From Octopus vulgaris (lineage: Eukaryota): DNA of 64,000 nt. The stretch is from positions 31,124,001 through 31,188,000 of the forward strand of contig OX597838.1 of NCBI GenBank assembly GCA_951406725.2, read 5' to 3'. The position numbers and the translations under genes are program-made. Shown here piece by piece: positions 55,430 through 64,000 of this stretch; positions within the stretch are counted from its first letter, which is position 1, and every line of letters starts with the position of its first letter. Under the pieces are notes generated by a model, which saw nothing but the letters and a program-made list of their open reading frames with translations, did no database searches and was not told where the DNA came from.

Positions 55430-56214
55430 TAAAATACATGTATGCATATATACATATGTATGTACGTGTGTTACAAAGCAATATAAATAGAGCACTCAAT
55501 ACATAAGATAAAGTGCAAACTTTTGGGGTTCAGTTTCCGGTTTTGCAAAATTCTTGTTAACAGTCAATATTTGTGAACGAGAGACCATTGCAGAGAAGCG
55601 GAAGCCGACGATCGCGTAGAGATCATCTTAACTAGACAGCCATGTCTTATCACTTACAAATACACGATTCCTGTTTAAGAACAGTTCATGTTACGTCTTC
55701 AAGTGTCTCAAGTTGTGAGTTCCTCTCTCCGTAAATGACGACGGTTTTTTCCTTGACTCATTGCCGGTCGCTAATTCACGTATTGTTCACATTACACCCA
55801 ATGGCCGTCTGCAGTGAGTCCGGACTTTCTCCGTCGTCCGTTGACGTCGTTTTTATTTTTTCATTCCTTGCGCATCATGCGACAGGGATGTTGTTACTGA
55901 AGCTAATAAAGGTCCGTGGCTTAGTAGTTACGGTATTCGGCTCACAATCGTGAGTTCGATTCCCGGCGGTGCGTTGTCTCCTTGGGCTATCTATCTATCT
56001 ATCTATCTTTTTATTTTTTTTCTTGTTTTTTATTTTATTTATTTTATTTTTTTTTGTTCTTTTCTTCCCTTTTACGATCCCTCTTGATCGAAAACCTACG
56101 CCACCCCTTTTTTTTTCTCTTTTGTTTTTTTTTGTTTTTTCATCCCCCAAAAGAAAAGCTCTACCTTGTAACTTGTCCCATCTGTGTGCAGCCCTGTGTG
56201 GCCAATAAAGAAAC

Positions 56215-56291
<77 letters not shown>

Positions 56292-56300
56292 GATCGATCG

Positions 56301-56355
<55 letters not shown>

Positions 56356-56364
56356 GATCTATCC

Positions 56365-56419
<55 letters not shown>

Positions 56420-56584
56420 CGCTCAGTCGAAGTCGACTCTCTGTCACTCGTTGGATCAGTGTCCTCCAGTCAGTTCTATCCTGGGCCGTTTCTTTCAGAT
56501 TGGCTATGTCCATTCCGGTATCACTCTTGATGGTGTTAAGCCAGCGGGCTCTTGGTCGGCCTCTTCCTCTCTTGCCACTGACCA

Positions 56585-56802
56585 TTCCGAGCAAGACACT
56601 TTATTTCTCGTTGCTCCAGTCTACCCAGCAGGCGAAAATGAGTCGTACCCCGGTTACAAAAGGTCAGCCTTGTCACAGATTGTGTCAAACTGAACCACCC
56701 AGAGAACTTACGTTAAGAGTACGAGCGCTTGCGAAGTACTCAGCCACTTGCACTTTCATTTCAAGAATCAATTGTAATCATCGTTGCAACCGACGGAGTG
56801 CC
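56585..56802 (+). mobile_element. CORE-type SINE (family C) body
   Basis: gagcaagacactttatttctcgttgctccagtc...caaccgacggagtgcc; a head fragment lies at 55912-55985. Confidence 0.7.
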
Positions 56803-56869
56803 ATTTATAGTTCTTTTGATCGTTGTTTATGTTGTGGCTATGGTTTTTTTTTTAGCGGTTATTGTTATC

Positions 56870-57306
56870 GAGGCGTTGAAATGGTAGAATCGTTAGAGAC
56901 GAAGAAAATGCTTTGCGGTATTTCGACCGGATCTTTCGTTTCTGAGTTCAAATCCTGCAGAGGGCAACATCGCCATTCATCATTTCAGGGTCGAAAAATT
57001 AAAGTACCAGTAAAATACTGGAGTTGATGAAATCGACAACCCCGCACCTAAAATCAATGGTCTTGTACCAAAATTACAGACGCGAGCTGACAGAACCGAT
57101 AGCACGCCGGGCAAAATGCTTCGCGGCATTTCGTCCGACTTTACGTTCAGAGTTCAAATTCCACCAAAGTAACTATGCCTTTCATCCTTTCGAGGTCGAT
57201 AAAATAAATACCAGTTAAACACTGTAATAGACTTATCCCTTCTACCCCGAAATTGCTGCCCTTGTGGCAAAATTGAAATCATCATCATCATCATTATTAT
57301 TATTAA

Positions 57307-57349
<43 letters not shown>

Positions 57350-57378
57350 ATTATTAATTACTACTACTACTACTACTG

Positions 57379-57426
<48 letters not shown>

Positions 57427-57458
57427 TCATCATCATCATCATCATCATCGTCATCATC

Positions 57459-57495
<37 letters not shown>

Positions 57496-57770
57496 AGGAG
57501 AGGAAATGGCAGAATCGTTACGGTGCCATTTCTAGATTCTGAGTTCAAATTCCACCGAACTCGACTTTGCCTTTCATACTTTCGGGGTCGATAAAATAAG
57601 TACCAGTCTAGTACTGAGGTCAATGTAACCGTCATCCCCTTCCCATCAAACGTTGCCGCTTTCCATTCTTTCGGAGTGAATAAAATATAGTACCAGTGGA
57701 GTACTTGACTTGTTGCCATCAACCCTCTTCCTTTTAAAATTGCAGGCCTTGCACCTAAATCAGAAACCAT
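56870..57770 (+). mobile_element. Cluster of three or more diverged family D SINEs
   Basis: gagttcaaat head plus ctttcatcctttcg central domain at about 56870-57030, 57080-57278 and 57505-57770. Confidence 0.7.
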
Positions 57771-57802
57771 GTTGATTTACTCCTGATTGAACTCTCTTTT
57801 AA

Positions 57803-58325
<523 letters not shown>

Positions 58326-58760
58326 ATCCTGGGTCTTTGTTTAATCCTCATTGGACTCTCTTCGTTTACTCCAGACTGGGCTCTCCTTGTGGACTCCTGA
58401 TTGAGCTCTCTTATGTATCATCAAACGAGTTGCAGCTGTTACCACTTCATTCGTCATTCAAAGACTGAAGGATAACACTCCGCTTCCTGAGTCATAACCC
58501 TTATAATTTCCCGGTTTTTGTGCTTCGTATTATTCCTTCCTGGATGGGAAGCCGGTCCTCATAGGATTACTCATTGTTGCTCACTGAGAGGATGGAGCAA
58601 CGGGAATTGCTGTGTTATGCTCGGTCCAGGAATGAGTCCTTCCATCATGAGACCAATATTCTAACCATTAAACCACACGCGCCTGCTAAAAAAGATTTGA
58701 GGGAAAGGCAGATATTTTCTAACAAAAAAGAAAAAGAAATAGATTGTATACTCCGTAGTA

Positions 58761-58850
<90 letters not shown>

Positions 58851-58851
<1 letters not shown>

Positions 58852-59261
58852 GAGTGAGAGAGCAGTGCATGCCATCAAAGTGACACTGGGGTAAAATATA
58901 CGAAGCTCAATATACCCATCATGACTACCCGTCTGATAAGGGTACACCAGACACATGCATCACAGCCATATGTGCGTCACAAGGTGATCTCATATCAAGA
59001 TAAACAGCGCATGACCTTGCAGGTGGGGACCAGTTAGAATTTTCTTCAGGTTGAGTAGCCCATCCCGCTCAAAAGGTCCCTGAATAAGGGTTGTTTAAGG
59101 ATGTTGAAAGAACCACCCATGTTTCCAGAGGTGAATTATTCAAACCCCAAAGAATCCCTCTCAACACATGGCTATGATGCTCCCCCACTACTTCTGCTCG
59201 TGATCAGAGATGCACATATCGTCAGCCACTAAGGGACATGCTCAACTGGTTAAGGTCAAAC
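58851..59261 (-). mobile_element. Insertion of about 410 bp within an (ATT)n array, probably a retroelement 3' UTR
   Basis: Unique, GC-richer block with (ATT)n on both sides; no recognisable ORF. Confidence 0.45.
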
Positions 59262-59284
59262 TATTATTATTATTGTTATTATTA

Positions 59285-59366
<82 letters not shown>

Positions 59367-59369
59367 CTA

Positions 59370-59585
59370 AGGCAGCGAGCTGGCAGAATTGTTAGCACGC
59401 TGGACGAAATGCTTTTCAGTATTTCACCCATTCGCTGCATTCTGTGGTCAAACTCCGCCGAGGTCGACTTTGTCCTTTATTATTTTGGGGTTGATAAATC
59501 AAGTACCAGTCAAGTACTGGGGTCGATACAATCGACTAGTCCCCTTCCCCCCAATTTCAAGCCTCGTGCCTATAGTAGAAAGGAT
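59370..59585 (+). mobile_element. SINE family D
   Basis: aggcagcgagctggcagaattgttagcacg...ccgccgaggtcgactttg. Confidence 0.8.
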
Positions 59586-59628
59586 TACACACACACACAC
59601 ACATATATATATATGTACATATATAAAT

Positions 59629-59685
<57 letters not shown>

Positions 59686-59689
59686 CATA

Positions 59690-59717
59690 TCTTTATATAT
59701 ATAAAACTGAGAATGCG

Positions 59718-59750
<33 letters not shown>

Positions 59751-60725
59751 GCCTGTCTGTGTGTTTCCCTAAAACTTGAGAACTACACAACTAATTTCAT
59801 TCAAATTTTACACATGCCTTACTTAGGGTCCATGTAGTTTCATGGGCAAAAAAATGTTCAACTTCTTGCCTAGAGCGAGCCCATAGCAATATCATATCTT
59901 CTCCACTATTTTAGTATTACGTGTTAAAAGTGAAACAAAAACATTTCTCTATTTTATGTCAGATACTTTCCCTTTAACAATCAAAATAATAATAACAATT
60001 GAATTATATGTAGTAAGTAATAATTAAAATCAAACTAAAGTATAATATAATCGTAACATAACAAAAGTAAAAATAGCAATTGGTATAAAATTGCATCAAT
60101 GACTTGAACTTGAATAAATGGCTTCACATGAATGGGAATAAATTAAAAATAAAATTAGCGTGCAGAAATGGAATAATCCAGAGGGATAATAAAAAATTAA
60201 ATTAAAGAAAAGACTATTGTCTATAAAGTATACAATGTAGAGAAAAAAGAAGATTTGAACACATGGAGGAAAGCACCTTCGAAAAGTGTCTTGGTGCGAC
60301 TATGAAAGAGGCGGTAAATTCACCACAATAGAAGCAAGGTTCGAGTCAACGGAGCGTGCAAGGGAGTACTCGACTCGAACTTGCAAAGTGGAAATATTTT
60401 ATTTTTACCTTTATATCTGGGACGTAGGACGTCCCGGAAAAAATTTAAAATGCCTCTTCCCCCAGAACTAGAGGTAGGCTGGATTGTAGCCACACTTCTA
60501 TACAAGAGGGAGGACAAGATACAATTGATCGAAATTACAAGAGACGGGCTAACAATTCCAGTATGTTATATATTTTGAGTATTGTTATCACTAGCGATAT
60601 CAAGATATAACTTTGTATTTTGTATTTTATGTGTAGATGTATATATATATAGATGTACATGTAATATGTACACATATATACATGCATTAGCACTATGACC
60701 CGGCAACGACGGGTCTTTAATGCTA

Positions 60726-60726
<1 letters not shown>
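59690..60726 (+). mobile_element. Non-autonomous Helitron of about 1 kb
   Basis: 5' TC (tctttatatatataaaa) with a (GTCT)n tract; 3' hairpin gacccg-gcaacga-cgggtc then CTAG; A|T target. Confidence 0.85.
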
Positions 60727-60821
<95 letters not shown>

Positions 60822-61239
60822 TCAAATATGTATATACATATATATCTGTGCGTGTATGTGTGTGTGTGTACTTATGCTTGTGTTTCTCCCACAACCACAG
60901 CGTTTATGCATTCGTAACCTAGCGGCTTGGCAAAACTAGACTGATGAAATAAGTCGTAGCATCCACTTGTTCGACTAAAACTCTTCAGTTCGTTGCTCCG
61001 GCTAGGTCGCAGCCCGAAACTGAACCAAATAAAGAATAAAAAATACAACCACGCAAGTATGCACACACACACACACATATGTATGTGAGTATATGTATGC
61101 ATGTATGTATGTATGTATGTATGTATGTATGTATGTATGTATGTATGTATGTATGTATGTATGCATGTATGTATGTAAGTATGTGTGTATGTATGTTGTA
61201 TTCTTGTAGCATATAATAGACAGAAAAACGGCAGAGAGG

Positions 61240-61372
61240 CAGATAGATAATTAGACAGACGGACAGACAGATAGACAGACAGACAGGCAGGCAGGCAGAC
61301 AGACAGACAGATATAGATAGATAGCTAGATAGATATAGATAGATGGATAAATAGATATAGATAGATAGATAA

Positions 61373-61432
<60 letters not shown>

Positions 61433-61442
61433 ATATGGATAA

Positions 61443-61473
<31 letters not shown>

Positions 61474-61523
61474 TGAATAGATAGATAGATAGATAGATAG
61501 ATGGATAGATAGATAGATAGATT

Positions 61524-61610
<87 letters not shown>

Positions 61611-61611
61611 C

Positions 61612-61659
<48 letters not shown>

Positions 61660-61662
61660 TGA

Positions 61663-61695
<33 letters not shown>

Positions 61696-61861
61696 CAGAT
61701 AGATAGATAGATAGATAGATTTGCAGGCAGGCAGACAGTCAGACTAACAGACAGACAGACAGACAGATGAAGACACCGACAGACGGAAAAGCGAATTAGA
61801 TAAATTCAAACACATGAGGGATATGACAGATCAAAAAGAAGGTGACAAAAGTAGCGACAGC

Positions 61862-61937
<76 letters not shown>

Positions 61938-62350
61938 ATAGTAGTAGTAGTAGTAGTAGGAATTAGGTGTTGGTGACAGTGAAGTCTGAGACGGTGTTAA
62001 AACAAGAGGCGGAGGTGATGATGGAGGTGGCTGTGGTGTTGGTGGTTTTGGCGGTGATGGTGGTGGTGGCGGCGGTGGTGGTGGTGGTGGTGGTGGTGGT
62101 GGTGGTGGTGGTGGTGGTGGTGGTGGTGGTGGCGGTGGTGGTGGTGGTGGTGGTGGTGGCGGTGGCGGTGGTGGTGGTGGTGGTGGTGGTGGTGGTGGTG
62201 GTGGTGGTGGTGGTGGTGGTGGTGGTGGTGGTGGTGGTGGTGGTGGTGGTGGCGGCGGTGATGGTGGTTGTAGTGTTGGTGGTGGCGGTGGTTGTAGTGG
62301 TGGTGGTGGTGGTGGCGGTGGTGGTGGTGGTGGTGGTGGTGGTGGCGGTG
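61240..62350. repeat. (ATAG)n, (TAG)n and (GGT)n arrays
   Basis: Direct reading. Confidence 0.95.
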
Positions 62351-62569
62351 CTACGTCATCGAACAGACACATCTGTCACATGTTGGTTTACTAATCAATA
62401 GGCTTTGATTTCGGAGTCTTACTGAGAATGGTTGGGGTTACTGGGAGAAAGAACTGTGTTAAGGATTGTAGGGTGGAGGGGACGCACGGACAGAGACACA
62501 TAAACACAGGGAGAAACGCGTGCGCACATGTTCGTGCGCGCGCACATGAAAAGGGCGCGATGCGCGCGC

Positions 62570-62960
62570 ACAGACACAGCAAACACACACACACACACAC
62601 AGCAAACACACACACACACACACAGCAAACACACACACAAACACACAGCAAACACACACACACACAGCAAACACACACACACACACAGCAAACGCACACA
62701 CACAGCAAACACACACACACACACACACACAGCAAACGCACACACACACACAGCAAACACACACGCTCACAGCAAACACACACACAAATACAAACATACG
62801 AGTAGAAACACACACACACACCTACGCGCGTATTTACACACACATACACACACCTACGCGCGTATTTACACACACACACACCTACGTGCGTATTTACGCA
62901 CACATACATATACACACACACACACCTACGCGCGTATTACACACACATACACACACACAC
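62570..62960. repeat. (CA)n-based minisatellites
   Basis: cagcaaa(ca)n about 10 times; cctacgcgcgtattta(ca)n 4 times. Confidence 0.9.
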
Positions 62961-63605
62961 GCACACGCATACACACACACAGAGACAAATACGAACATCC
63001 GAGTGCAGACACACAAACTTATGCACACACATACACACATGCAGACAGATACAAACATACGAGTCCAGAGACACACACACCTATAACCGCATAGACACAC
63101 AAATACACACACACACACGCAAATATATACACATATCTCTGCAAGCACATAAAACACACACACACACACACATATATATATATGCGAGCATGCATGCGCA
63201 CATACACACGTACACACGCGTACACAGGCAAACATGCACGGACACGTATACACGCATCGCACATACATACATAAACCTACACATACATGGACAAACACAC
63301 ACACACACACACACATAACGCATAAATTCACAAGCACGCACCTGCGCTCGTACGCATACAGACATACACACACATGCGTGCACTGTCATACATACATAGA
63401 CACATGCACACGCGCACACAAAACACACAGACAGACAGCGAGGACGCGTCAATATAATTATGCAACGCCTACATCGATGGGAGCAATAACAACAAAAAGC
63501 GACCGAGCGCCTACGTGTAAGGTTACCAATCACTCTATATATACACGCACACATACATACATACATACATGCATACACACATACATACATACATACATAC
63601 ATACA

Positions 63606-63636
<31 letters not shown>

Positions 63637-63711
63637 GCATACACGCATGCATACATACATGCTTGCATTTATGTATATATGTATCTATATATGTATGTAT
63701 GTGTGTATGTG

Positions 63712-63777
<66 letters not shown>

Positions 63778-63836
63778 TATACATATATATACATATATAT
63801 ACATATATATACGTGTGTGTGTGTATATACGTATTC

Positions 63837-63870
<34 letters not shown>

Positions 63871-64000
63871 TACATATATATATCGTTCTATCTATCTTTC
63901 TCTTTCCCTCTTTCTCTCTCTCTCTCTCTCTCGCTATATATATATATATATATATATATGCATTTGTATACATACACATGCATATATATGTATATAAATA

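Noticed and set aside
61806-62401. Poly-Pro (formin-like) ORF
   Set aside because: Pure (GGT)n/(TAG)n repeat with no flanking domain

Overview
Repeat-saturated, AT-rich eukaryotic DNA, most likely from an octopus/cephalopod intron or intergenic region (inferred from the tRNA-derived SINE families and extreme microsatellite density). I found no host protein-coding exon; nearly all ORFs in the track are microsatellite read-throughs. Recognisable content: decayed Tc1/mariner transposases (DD34D and DD37D) and MITEs, RTE, CR1 and R4/Dong-like LINE 3' fragments, two complete non-autonomous Helitrons, about four SINE families, and long fold-back inverted repeats typical of Penelope-like element (PLE) pseudo-LTRs. 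The main signal is RNA-level: about 18 hammerhead ribozyme (HHR) motifs, mostly in short elements lying in (TA)n arrays. About 12 are minimal type I HHRs, several with core variants. Six loci from three sequence families appear to have the three core strands in a non-circularly permuted order (cleavage strand, then GAAA strand, then CUGANGA strand), supported by an extra helix and a compensatory base-pair change. All folds were derived by eye and none is tested.
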